The translations under genes were made by a program, and so were the position numbers. The notes under the pieces are model-generated. The model ran no database searches. It saw only the letters and a program-made list of their open reading frames with translations, and was not told the origin of the DNA. DNA of 56,551 nucleotides, the filler included, from Stramenopiles sp. TOSAG23-3 (taxonomy: Eukaryota), in the NCBI GenBank assembly GCA_900128585.1. It is 4 parts of 4 records of this genome, joined end to end, with 100 filler letters (N's around TTAATTAATTAA, not from the genome) between each part and the next. Parts side by side here need not be neighbours in the genome. Positions count along the whole stretch, not along the records: positions 1 to 26,121 come from LT642278.1; positions 26,222 to 52,230 come from LT642279.1; 2 more parts are not named here. One strand, 5' to 3'. Numbering within the stretch: position 1 is the stretch's first letter; every line of letters begins with the position of its first letter. Positions 20,501 to 30,709 of this stretch are shown here, piece by piece.

Positions 20501-23500
20501 TCTCGTAAAAAAGACATTTCCTTTTCGGCATAATAAATTTCGCCAGCCCGCAATGTAATGCTTTGGGGCGAGAACCACCTTTGCAAGCTTAACCCATCGC
20601 CAAATCTCATTTTCCCTCCTTTTGCTGAAGGGGAACTTGAAAGAAGATTCGATATCGTTGCTGAATCATTTTTATAATATAGACTCACCGCAGGATAAAA
20701 TGCATTGCTAGGTAAATTGTTGAATGCAACACCTTGGTGCCTCCCGTTAAGAGCGAAACTTAGCGTCCGTTGCTCGCAGTCCAAGAAGACTGTAACAGTA
20801 TCACCCTTTCCATAGCGTTCACCATATGGTTTATTGTTCACTCTTGAACCATTAAATATGTGCCCACTTGCAGCATAATAACCCCAGCTGGAAGAAGTTG
20901 CACCTATGTACGATCCGTTTGAGCCTAACATTTTGTGGGCTTTTTTAGGACCACCAGATACATTTGTGATACCAATAAAATGTTGAATGTCATGCCCAAC
21001 CTTTGAACGCACTATTGATTTTACTTTTATAGTCCACTGATGTACGCCTTCAGAAAAGCACTGGTTTGCCAGTATCGACTGGTGGGCCATACTTCCATAT
21101 GACACAACTGCCGTGTCACCCCTAATGTGCAGATGTTTACCAACAGAGTCACAGTTTTGGTCCCATGAAATCGGGGCAGGACTTCCTTTGGAGACGGAAT
21201 TGTTATTGTTGCTACTATTTTTAAGATCGGGAATATGCAACGTAGAATTGAAAATGCTTCTTGGTGAATGAATTGCCACGTAAACCATTTGCTTCATTTG
21301 AACTGCTTTCACTAATAGACGGCTTAAAAATGGACCGAATGTTGTGTCCGATTCTAAAAGAGTGCTAATTACTGTAGCAACAATGCTTTGGTTTTTAACG
21401 TTCAAATTCCACGCCGCTTCTATCATCCGAAGACCTTCTTCCAAAAGAACATTGGTACTATTCGTTTTGGGGACTATTTGCGAAAAACATCGTATCGCTT
21501 TTTCCAGAAAATATTCACCGATAAGATTTTTTCCATAGCCCGAGAGTGCCGCACCCCTAAGCATAGCTATCATTCCTGCGCATTGCTCATGTGTTTTTAC
21601 CACATCTGATGGCAATTCACTTTGTAACTGAAAATTTTCCATAAGCATCACTATCCACTTTTCAATGCGGCCGAGCAAACTAGGGTACGCCCCCAATATC
21701 ATCCCGATAAGTCTATATTTGGGACCATCCCAGCACGACCCAGTAAGTTCTTCCAGCAGAGCTGGTTTGAGTCTTCCCACAATGGTGATTAAAAATCTTT
21801 GGCAGATTGTATTCATTGTGGCTAGGTCCTTATTTGCAGCCAACATGTACGCGCGTTCGAACATTCCATGAACATCATGGAGGAATATGCCCTCTGACCC
21901 ATCCAAGGGGGTATCGTCGTAGATATAGCCAATTACTTTTGTCAAAGCCTCAATGTAGAACACTAAGGCATTTGCAAGTGATATATGTGTCATATCCGCC
22001 TGCCCATTTATCTCCAAATGTTTGTACACAAAATCCCATAGTGCACCGACGTTTGAAAACGCCAATTTACAAACTAAATTCGCGTAAGATCTGTGCAAAG
22101 TTGGAAAATCTAAAATTCTCTTAACCAGCCGTTTTGCGACATCCACACTCTTTCTACCGACTGATAGCAACACAATCGAGGCATGGGGGCTGTTTGGAAC
22201 GTGGGGGAGCAACGCAGACATAACGTTTTCAGTCATTGGGGCAGAAGAGAGTGCAGAGCAAACACTACTGTGCGTATTACAGGAACATGCCAAAATATAA
22301 AGGCACAATTTTACCGAGGGCTTTGTGGTAATAGCTGTCGAGGGTAAAGCAGAGTTAGCATTCATGTCGGCCGTCCCGTAAATATGAATTCCTGTCAAGT
22401 TCCCTGTCGGAAGAGGAAGACCAGAACTTTCGCTCTCCAAGTCAACGTCATCACTCATTGCAGCAAAAGGTACGTATCTGAACGATATTCGTAAAACTCT
22501 TATTGCCGTCACGCCCACAACAGCGATGGTTGCCGCACCTACATCGCGATTAGATATGTTTGTACGAGAACTAGAGTCCATATGAACTAGATTCATATAG
22601 GGGTCCATTAAAGAATCTGATTCCCAACCAAATTTTTGTTTTGATGGTCTATTGGTTCTGCCGTTTTTTGTGGAAACAAGCGTTGCCGATCCTGCACAAT
22701 TTAATTGGGAACATGTCGTACCTGTTGAAACTGTAACGTACGAGGGAATAATATTTCGTGAATGCTTATCGCCGATATGCTGAACCTTCTTTGCACAGCG
22801 GACGTTTATCGAAGATACGATAACATCTTCTGGAAACAACAGGGTGACATCCCAATGAAACTGCTTGCCATGCTTCTTAAATCGAAATTCGACAACATCA
22901 GAAGGCGATATTTTAGCATCACTCATACTGCTCCGTTTTAAGAGTGACGCTAAGCGGAGCCCAGGTGTTCCAATTGATCTTGTGCCTTGAATATCAAGGA
23001 CTTGGCATCGGCTCGTTATGGGTTGTCTACCATGGGAGTAGGGCATGCGAACAACAGATTTTTGTGTGCCATCTATTCTTGGCCACTCCAGACTTGGTTT
23101 GCGGCCAACTAGCTTTTGTACATTTAGAAACGGACTCTCAAATATTGTTCGGGAGAACCAGTTTGCTGCCTCCTCTGTAGACTGAACCACTTGCATCGCT
23201 AAATTTACCAACCGGCTTGAAAAGTTAGACTCGTCTGAGATCTTTTGCAGGACTTCCATCAGCACAGCCAAAACCGGCGATCCCTCAGGGTGCATCGCCA
23301 GTGAAAATATATTGACAACTTCTGATTCAACGAGGTCACGCAATTGATGACATAATTGGTCTGTATACATGTTTGAAGTAACCAGCCATTCTAGAATTAC
23401 CTTTGCAGCGGATGGAAACCCAATATTTTGTATAATTGGCGCCGTAATTGACCGTAAAAAGTTATTGAAAACCGTGGGGCAAGAATCGTCCCGAGCAAGA

Positions 23501-26121
23501 CTTATGAACCGGCTAACTAGTTTTGCTATTTCGAGTGCTGTGTTTAATTCCGATTGTGTTACAGTACATGATTTTTGTCGTTCTGCCAATAATATGTTGC
23601 TTAAGTGCGAAAGCATGTTGCCCATATAATTCGTTTTCATATTACTGCAATCATTGTAAAGCCCAAATGATTCAGTGACCACAGAAAGTAATTGACAAAG
23701 AATAGAGCTTTTGAAGCGAGACGAAACAGCAAACGTGTCCAGCACAACTTTTAGAGTACACTGTCTCAGCACTCCTTGCATATCAACAGTATTACGTGGG
23801 TTTAGATGAATTAATTTGAACAGTTGAACAAACTCGTCTGCGACTACGGCCACGAAATTCTCTTTTCCAACGAGCACCGATGCCAAAATAATAGGGTAAG
23901 ATTGCAGAAATACTTGAGATTGTACCAATTCATGCAGTGTGCTAAATGCACTTAACGTCTTGCAACAGGCACTCCAAGAGAGAGCTGCATCGCAGGTTTC
24001 AAGTGGGGTTCTCCCTATCAATTCAAACAACTGTATTGATTCTCCAACAGATAATGTGAACGCGGGTTCCGTTTTGCTATTGGACCCCATCAAAATTGAG
24101 TGGTATTCTTCCCGTTCTACAACACATAGTATATCCACCACTCGGCAAATCGCGATACCTCTCAGTCTCGACAACCGAGAATCATCACCAATTCCCAAAA
24201 GTGTCAATTCAGTAGCTATTCCACCCACGTGAGTTATATACAACGTTTGTGATCCCATTTTAAACCCCATGCGGCTACGTATCTCACGTTTTATCAAATC
24301 ACAGGAAGCATTATAGGGGGTTTCGAAAGAAAATGTTTTCCCCCAACATCGTATGATCAGTAGAATAGTACCTTCAGCAGTGTAAGTTTCTGAAACAATC
24401 TCACCCATTTTTGATTCCCCGTCGTGAAACATAGTGTGTGGATTGTTCGTAGTAATTGATTTAAAGAGCCCCAAGTATTTAGTCCCTAACGACTCTAAGG
24501 TGAAAGAAATGGAAGGCACGAATCCATCAGATGTGATTTCTATGCTTTCTACATAAGCATCGACTTTGGTGGGGTTCGATTTCATAAATATTGCAGAGCA
24601 AACATTGTCGTGCTTCACTATTTGTCCAGCCAACCCAGCATTGCCTTCCGCGCACCTTATACCAATATAACAATTTGCTTTGATCAATACAGAATGCTTC
24701 AGGGATATCGTCTGTTTCGATTCAGTGCGTAGTCTATCGACACCGATCAATTCTGTTCTTTCAACCAGTTTATATTTATTGTTAAATCGCTTAAATATTT
24801 GTATTTCCCAGCCTTCGCCAGAACTTGATTTGCTCAAAAGCAGCTCAATTTTGCTAAGGAACCCAGAGCGAGGCACTGGTGTCTCCAGGATACAAACATT
24901 GTATCCCGAAGGATGCGGAGATGGCGAGGCGTTATCTCTGACCTTGCCAATGACAATTGGTCCATTCTCTTCAGCAATTTGGGCTTGTTGAATTTCTTCA
25001 TCCGAAACATAGATCGAAGTGTTATTGGTGATGCTCTTTTCTATCGCGATAGTAACAGAGTCCTTGGGCCCATATAGACTCACGGCAGGATATATTGTTT
25101 TCCCTTTAAAACAACCAGTGTAAGCAACACCCTGGTTTTCACCGTTGATAGCAAAAGATAATGTATCATTCACCATGTCTAGGATAACAGTGACTGTATC
25201 ACCCGTGCCATACTGTTTCCCATACGGCTTCGTATGAGACTGGGCGTAGCACTTCTTTGATACGGAATAGTACCCCCAACTCTGGGTGGACTTTGATGCT
25301 CCTAGATAAGTGCTCAGTATTGAGAGTCGTTTGCTGGATGCTGAGCCAGGACCTTCGGGCCATTCTGTCACACCAACAAAGATGTATTTTTGTGGAGAGA
25401 CATTGTCGCATATAATGTTCCATGCAACAACACCATCGGAAATAGGATAATTTGCGACTCCAGTGCGAAATGTAGAAAGGGACTGCTTGTCTAAACACAA
25501 TGTTTTCCCTTCATTCGAAATAGAAAAAGCGTGAAAACATTTGCGTTCCTCAAAATATATTTGGGTGGAAGAACGCCCATTGCCAAAAACATACGCTAAG
25601 TTTAAGTTTTCTGTACACTGTGATCGTGTTATCTTCCTAAGAAAAGCAGACTTTTTGCGCAAAACATCATCGCTTGTGCTCTTAATTTCTATACATAATT
25701 CGACAGGTTTAGAGTCTTGGCAGGATTCAGACCACCCTCGTTCAATTAGGCGATCTTGATCTGCCAACACCTCGCCATTTGTTGTCAATTGCTGCAGAAA
25801 AGGGTCTATCCCAGTCAATTTTGATATCTTTTGTTTAAGATCAAATATAGTTAAGTGTGGGGACAACGTTATTACTAGAAAAGCACTTCCCAGCTGGACT
25901 TGAACAGTAGTGCTGTTAACCGCGCTGTCCTGCCCCGCAGTAACCTCCACATCGAGTTCTGCTCGAAACGATAGCACCAAATGCAACAATCTAAGCAGGA
26001 AAGGCAAGTTGCAGTGCCGGTTTTCAGATATTGAAGTTGAGACAATATCCAATGCAACATCTTTTAGACGGGAACGAAGGATTGAAAGGGAATTGAGATA
26101 GTCACTGTGTGTATTTTTGCT
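17512..26121 (-). CDS. Giant BIRC6-type ubiquitin-conjugating enzyme with two Ubl-like and two SPRY domains; 5' end runs into the gap
   Basis: C-terminal UBC ([26 protein letters not shown].V...[27 protein letters not shown]...PYYNEPG); upstream WKPGFGHG motif; two SPRY copies (GDTVTV.LD....TLSFA.NG..QGVA....YPAVSL); reading frame open from 26052 up to the N run. Confidence 0.9.
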   Translation of the reverse strand, partial: [2869 protein letters not shown]

Positions 26122-26221
26122 NNNNNNNNNNNNNNNNNNNNNNNNNNNNNNNNNNNNNNNNNNNNTTAATTAATTAANNNNNNNNNNNNNNNNNNNNNNN
26201 NNNNNNNNNNNNNNNNNNNNN
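26122..26221. other. Artificial scaffold linker (44 N + TTAATTAATTAA + 44 N)
   Basis: Six-frame stop linker centred in an exactly 100-nt gap; same structure at 52231 and 54392. Confidence 0.95.
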
Positions 26222-26367
26222 AAACCTATCATATTTGTCAAGAAATTCACATAGTATTCGGCGTCATGCCTCTCCTTCAACACCTTTAACACCATACTTT
26301 CAAAAACATCCCCCTTGTCATCCCCACACACAATATCCCATGCACCGCCGCCCTCCCCACGCAACAT
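26222..26367 (-). CDS. Probable N-terminal fragment of a minus-strand gene, possibly the giant E2
   Basis: ATG at 26367 just inside the coding-like composition; ORF MLRGEGGGAWDIV... is open into the gap and has the same orientation as the E2. Confidence 0.5.
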
Positions 26368-26622
26368 ATTTCCCCACCTCTCTTGCTACTTCAATGTTAC
26401 AAAGTTAACGTTCGATTCGTTCGAAACGTCCGAAACGTTCTATCTCTTTGTGTACCCTTTCAAAATAATCAAAATTCTCGTGAAATTAAATAAGTCTTTC
26501 TTTTGAAATTCAATTGACTATTTTTACATCTGTATTGTACAGTATTATATTTAAACTACGTTTCTAAGACACACTCTTCTCTTTGAAAATCTATTGTTTT
26601 CAATAATGTACACAATCAATGT

Positions 26623-26750
26623 CGTCTTCTTCTTCTCTTTCTTCTTCTTCTTCTTTTTTTTTTTGAATTTTTCTTCTTCTTCTCTTTTTCTTTCTTTTTT
26701 TTTCCGTCATTCAGTTTGTTTCTTCCTTCCTTTTTTTTTTTTCTTCTTCG
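26623..26750. repeat. (TTC)n/poly-T tract
   Basis: Direct reading; divergent spacer. Confidence 0.85.
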
Positions 26751-27345
26751 AATTTAACCCTAATCATAAACCTAACTAATCCTCCCTCCCTCATCGTCCT
26801 CCTTTTAGTTGATTTAGAGAGAAGAGAGAGAATAGAAGATCATTCATTCTTCACAGAAAAAAAAAATGTTGAAGCTGACCGATACTATTTCAATATTAAA
26901 TAATGTCGATTTACTTTTATTTTCTTCTCTGCTACTTTTTCTTCTTTCTGTTTCTATATTATTTCCCTGTTATATTATTTTGGTACCTCAACTTTTTTTT
27001 TTTTTTTCAATAAAAAGAAGAAGAAGATGAGGGACGAAGAGCAGGCAGCAGGGGGGCATGATGATGCAAGGCGGATGACAGGTGGTGGCAGGGTTACGAG
27101 AAATGCTTTTTCTTCTTCTTACTACCACCTGTAATATATTAAGTTCAAAGAAGATTTAAATATTTTTTTCTTCGTTTTTCACATGCATGCATCTTTGTCG
27201 TCTGAGAGGAAGAAGAACATTAAAATTATTAGAAACGAAGAAGATTCCAGCACCGATCAAACAGTATTATTAAACGGTATTTGAAAAAATCAACAAAAAA
27301 TAATAAACAAAAGACGACAATTATACAACACTGAGAACAAGAAAC

Positions 27346-28452
27346 ATGTCAGCAGCCAGTGAGCCAAAAATCGAAGAGTCTCTTGAAGGGGCAGACTCCC
27401 CAGAACAGACGAGCGCGGGAGAGCTTGAAAGCAAGTCCGACCCGGACACGGAAAAGAAAAATCTAATTTCGGAGACTATGGTTCAACCGCTTGAGATTGA
27501 AGTCTCGAGCAATGAAAAGGACGCGAAGAAGACCAAGGCTGGCCTGTGCGAGAGCGGTGCCCTACTTCAGTGGGCGGGCGTGTGCTTGTGGGCCTCCTTC
27601 GGCGTCACGTTGCGAATCTTCATGGGCTTCATACCTGCCGAGCAGGGCTCGTTCATTGCCATGTTCGGAAAGAGTTTTCTGCTGCAGAATATTCTCGGTT
27701 CATTCATTCTGGGAGCCCTTTCGTCGCTGACGAAAAACATGTCAAAGACTACCAAGTTTCACCTGTCGCCCGCCGTTACTACCGGTTTCTGTGGGAGCCT
27801 GACCACCTGGTCGAGTTGGCAACAATCGATCGCGGTGAAGTTTGTCTCCAACAAAGTCGCCGACGGCCTTTTGAACTACTCCCTGGGCCACGCGTTGTTC
27901 TACATCGCATTTCGGGGGGGAATACACATGGCTGAGACCATCTCCGCGTGCAGACCGGCCGAAGGCAAGAAGGACGGCGCGCCCGTTAAAGGCAGTATGC
28001 TGGAAAAGTTCACGTTCGGGCTCTTTCTGAGCGTGTACGTCTTGCTGGTGGTACTGATTGCCGTTGCGGGCCAAGAATACCGTCACATGTACTTTGGGGC
28101 CTTTTTTGGTGGCGCCGGTGCTATGCTCCGTTACGTTCTGGGAAAGTTCAACAAAGCTGGACAGATTCCTTTGTTTACGCTGTTAGCCAACGTCCTCGGG
28201 TCCATTTTTGTTGCCGCGGTCACGCGTTCCCTCTACCACGCCAGTGTCGCCGGGAACGCCTTCGTCCCAGGCCAAGGAAACTGGGCAGTCGATATCGGGG
28301 TTGGGGGTATCCTCGGCTTTGGGGGTGCGTTGACGACCGTATCTTCCTACATTGGTGAGATCCACAAGCTACCACGTGGTCAAATGTATTTGTACGCCAT
28401 TTTGAGTTTCTTCTCCACGCAGCTCTTCATGGTCATCATCAACTCTTTGTAA
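27346..28452 (+). CDS. FEX: Fluoride exporter FEX (two fused Fluc/CrcB domains)
   Basis: GVTLR, NILGSFILG, TTGFCGSLTTWSSW, then GAMLRY, TLLANVLGS, GFGGALTTVSSY; multiple TM helices. Confidence 0.92.
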   Translation: MSAASEPKIEESLEGADSPEQTSAGELESKSDPDTEKKNLISETMVQPLEIEVSSNEKDAKKTKAGLCESGALLQWAGVCLWASFGVTLRIFMGFIPAEQGSFIAMFGKSFLLQNILGSFILGALSSLTKNMSKTTKFHLSPAVTTGFCGSLTTWSSWQQSIAVKFVSNKVADGLLNYSLGHALFYIAFRGGIHMAETISACRPAEGKKDGAPVKGSMLEKFTFGLFLSVYVLLVVLIAVAGQEYRHMYFGAFFGGAGAMLRYVLGKFNKAGQIPLFTLLANVLGSIFVAAVTRSLYHASVAGNAFVPGQGNWAVDIGVGGILGFGGALTTVSSYIGEIHKLPRGQMYLYAILSFFSTQLFMVIINSL

Positions 28453-28461
28453 ATTTTTACT

Positions 28462-28632
28462 TGGAGTTGGGTGTATCCTCGGCTTTGGGGGTTCGGTTCG
28501 TTGACGACCGTATCTTCCTACATTGGTGAGATCCACAAGCTACCACATGGTCAAATGTATTTGTACGCCATCTTGAGTTTCTTCTCCACGCAGCTCGTCA
28601 TGGCCAATCATCAAGTCTTTGTAAATATTTTA
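28462..28632 (+). pseudogene. Diverged tandem duplicate of the FEX 3' end
   Basis: Near-copy of ~28297-28459 with substitutions and small indels (extra ggttc; ggccaatc versus ggtcatc). Confidence 0.9.
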
Positions 28633-29249
28633 AATATACATTATATATTTTAATAAATAGGTCTCTTACACATATCATATTTTAAGTTTTTTATTAAAAT
28701 AAAAAAAAAAAGTTGTTTTGTTGTTGCCCCTTTGTTGTGTACTGTGTCTTGTATTTTGAAGTCACTTTTTTTTGTATCTATTTTTCTTCTTTTGACATAA
28801 GTTAATTTAGATGGTATGTGATATGATGATATAAATATTCTTCATTTCGGCGGCAATAATACTCTTTTTTAGTGGCAGAGAAAGGAATGAATAGCGCAAA
28901 GCGGGAGAGCGGGAGACGGGAGGAGGCGAACAACAAGAAGAAAGCCGTTAGTATAAGTTTAGGTAATTTAAAAAATTTATATGAGGGAATATATTAATAT
29001 ATATTATATACTTTATATAAATTATCCTATACGTAGAAAGAAAGTTAGCATAAACTTACATTTGTGTGTACGGAATGAAATGGTTGGTGCGAATATTTAA
29101 ATTGCGAAGAATCGGTTTCGAAGGACAACGTTTACTTCAACACATTCAGAAAAAATAATACGCCACAGTTCAGGACGTGGAGTACGCACGAAACAGGCAC
29201 CACGGAAACAATTCTTTGATGGCATTGGATTAGTCGCAAGTAAAACAAG

Positions 29250-30581
29250 ATGGGGGCTTGCTACTCGTTTTGGTTCGGGCATGAATTCACTCCAAAGCAG
29301 CAGGAAATAATTGCGGAGTACCGTGATCTGTTCAAAGGGTTGGGATTTAATCGATCGCAAAAAAATCGACTCTCCAAATTGTTTTGGGAGTTCGACGATG
29401 ATCACAGCGGGTCCATCTCGTTCACCGAATTTTCCAACTGTTCCGAAATCGGAAAGACGAAATTTACGAAAAACGCGTTCTGTTTGTTGGATGTAAACCA
29501 CGATGGCGGGCTCTCTTTCCCTGAATTCATTGTGTGCATCTGGCACTTTTGCACCATTCTTCCCCAAGATCTGCCCGGCTTAGCGTACGAGTGTTACGTT
29601 CGAGAAGACGAACCGGGCATTCACACGGACACGCTACTGAAATTGGTCGACGAAGCCATGGGCGTCCTGTCCGGGACGAACGCGCACGGGTACGACGGCC
29701 GTGAGCATGGGCACAACGTCTTCGAACACCACCAACGTGGTAACGATCCGAATTCACACTTTGAGAAGGAGCTTCGCGCTTTGGAAAAGCTGAGCGACCC
29801 GAATGGGTACTTGAGCAGAGCGAAATTCACCCACTACCTTCACAACCACGACCTGCTGTTGAAGAAGACTATTGTTTTCCACCATGAGATCAGGCACAAG
29901 ATTTTGGGCGCGCGCGAATGGTCCAGTTTGGGGAAGAAGCGAAGAAAATGGTTGAAAGGCGTGCCCGATGTGACGACAAAAAAAATGGTTCGGTTGTTGC
30001 AAAAGCGGTGCAATTTAGACGACGATTTCGAGGCGCTGCGAAAGAAGCACTACGTTCCTCACAGCGAGCGGCATTCGGGACAAGTGAAAAAGAGCAAACC
30101 CAAAAGGCACGACCTTAACGCCAAGCAAGACGAAAGCGTTATGCGATCTCGCGTCATAAAAGGCCACAAACTGTCCAAGTATGTGGTGCGAGGGGACCAA
30201 GGTAGTAAAAACAAGAGGGCGGGGGCAAAGAACCACCCGCATGAGAAGCACCACCACCATGCCGCTACCTCGATTCAAAAGCACATTCGCAGAAAACTTA
30301 CAGAGAAGAAACGCAGGGATGGGCAGCTGCACCCGCACAACGTGGCCATAGGCGGCGGCTGGACAGAATACTGGGACAAAGAGACGGATTCGCCGTACTT
30401 CTACAACAAGCATACGAAAATAACGCAGCGGGAGTGGCCGAGGGACATCCCCCACACGTCCAAGGAAGCGATTATGAACAGGGAGGAATGGAAAACGTTG
30501 AAGGACAAGAAGACGGGGAAGCTGTACTACTACAATGGCAAGACGAAGTGTACGACGTGGCAAAAGCCATGGGCGAATTAA
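29250..30581 (+). CDS. EF-hand, IQ-like and tandem WW domain protein, predicted N-acylated
   Basis: MGAC start; EF loops DDDHSGSISFTE and DVNHDGGLSFPE; AATSIQKHIRR; WW motifs WTEYWD...PYFYN..T..TQREWP and WKTLKD...LYYYN..T..TTWQKP. Confidence 0.88.
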   Translation: MGACYSFWFGHEFTPKQQEIIAEYRDLFKGLGFNRSQKNRLSKLFWEFDDDHSGSISFTEFSNCSEIGKTKFTKNAFCLLDVNHDGGLSFPEFIVCIWHFCTILPQDLPGLAYECYVREDEPGIHTDTLLKLVDEAMGVLSGTNAHGYDGREHGHNVFEHHQRGNDPNSHFEKELRALEKLSDPNGYLSRAKFTHYLHNHDLLLKKTIVFHHEIRHKILGAREWSSLGKKRRKWLKGVPDVTTKKMVRLLQKRCNLDDDFEALRKKHYVPHSERHSGQVKKSKPKRHDLNAKQDESVMRSRVIKGHKLSKYVVRGDQGSKNKRAGAKNHPHEKHHHHAATSIQKHIRRKLTEKKRRDGQLHPHNVAIGGGWTEYWDKETDSPYFYNKHTKITQREWPRDIPHTSKEAIMNREEWKTLKDKKTGKLYYYNGKTKCTTWQKPWAN

Positions 30582-30709
30582 TTGTTGAACACTTATTTAA
30601 AAAAACAGTAAATAATTTTTAGATTAAACAACACTGAATTGTAGGTTTTTCTCTTTAACACACTCCCTCCTTCTCTAATTTCCGCTCCGCCGCGGCGGCA
30701 ACTGATCTT

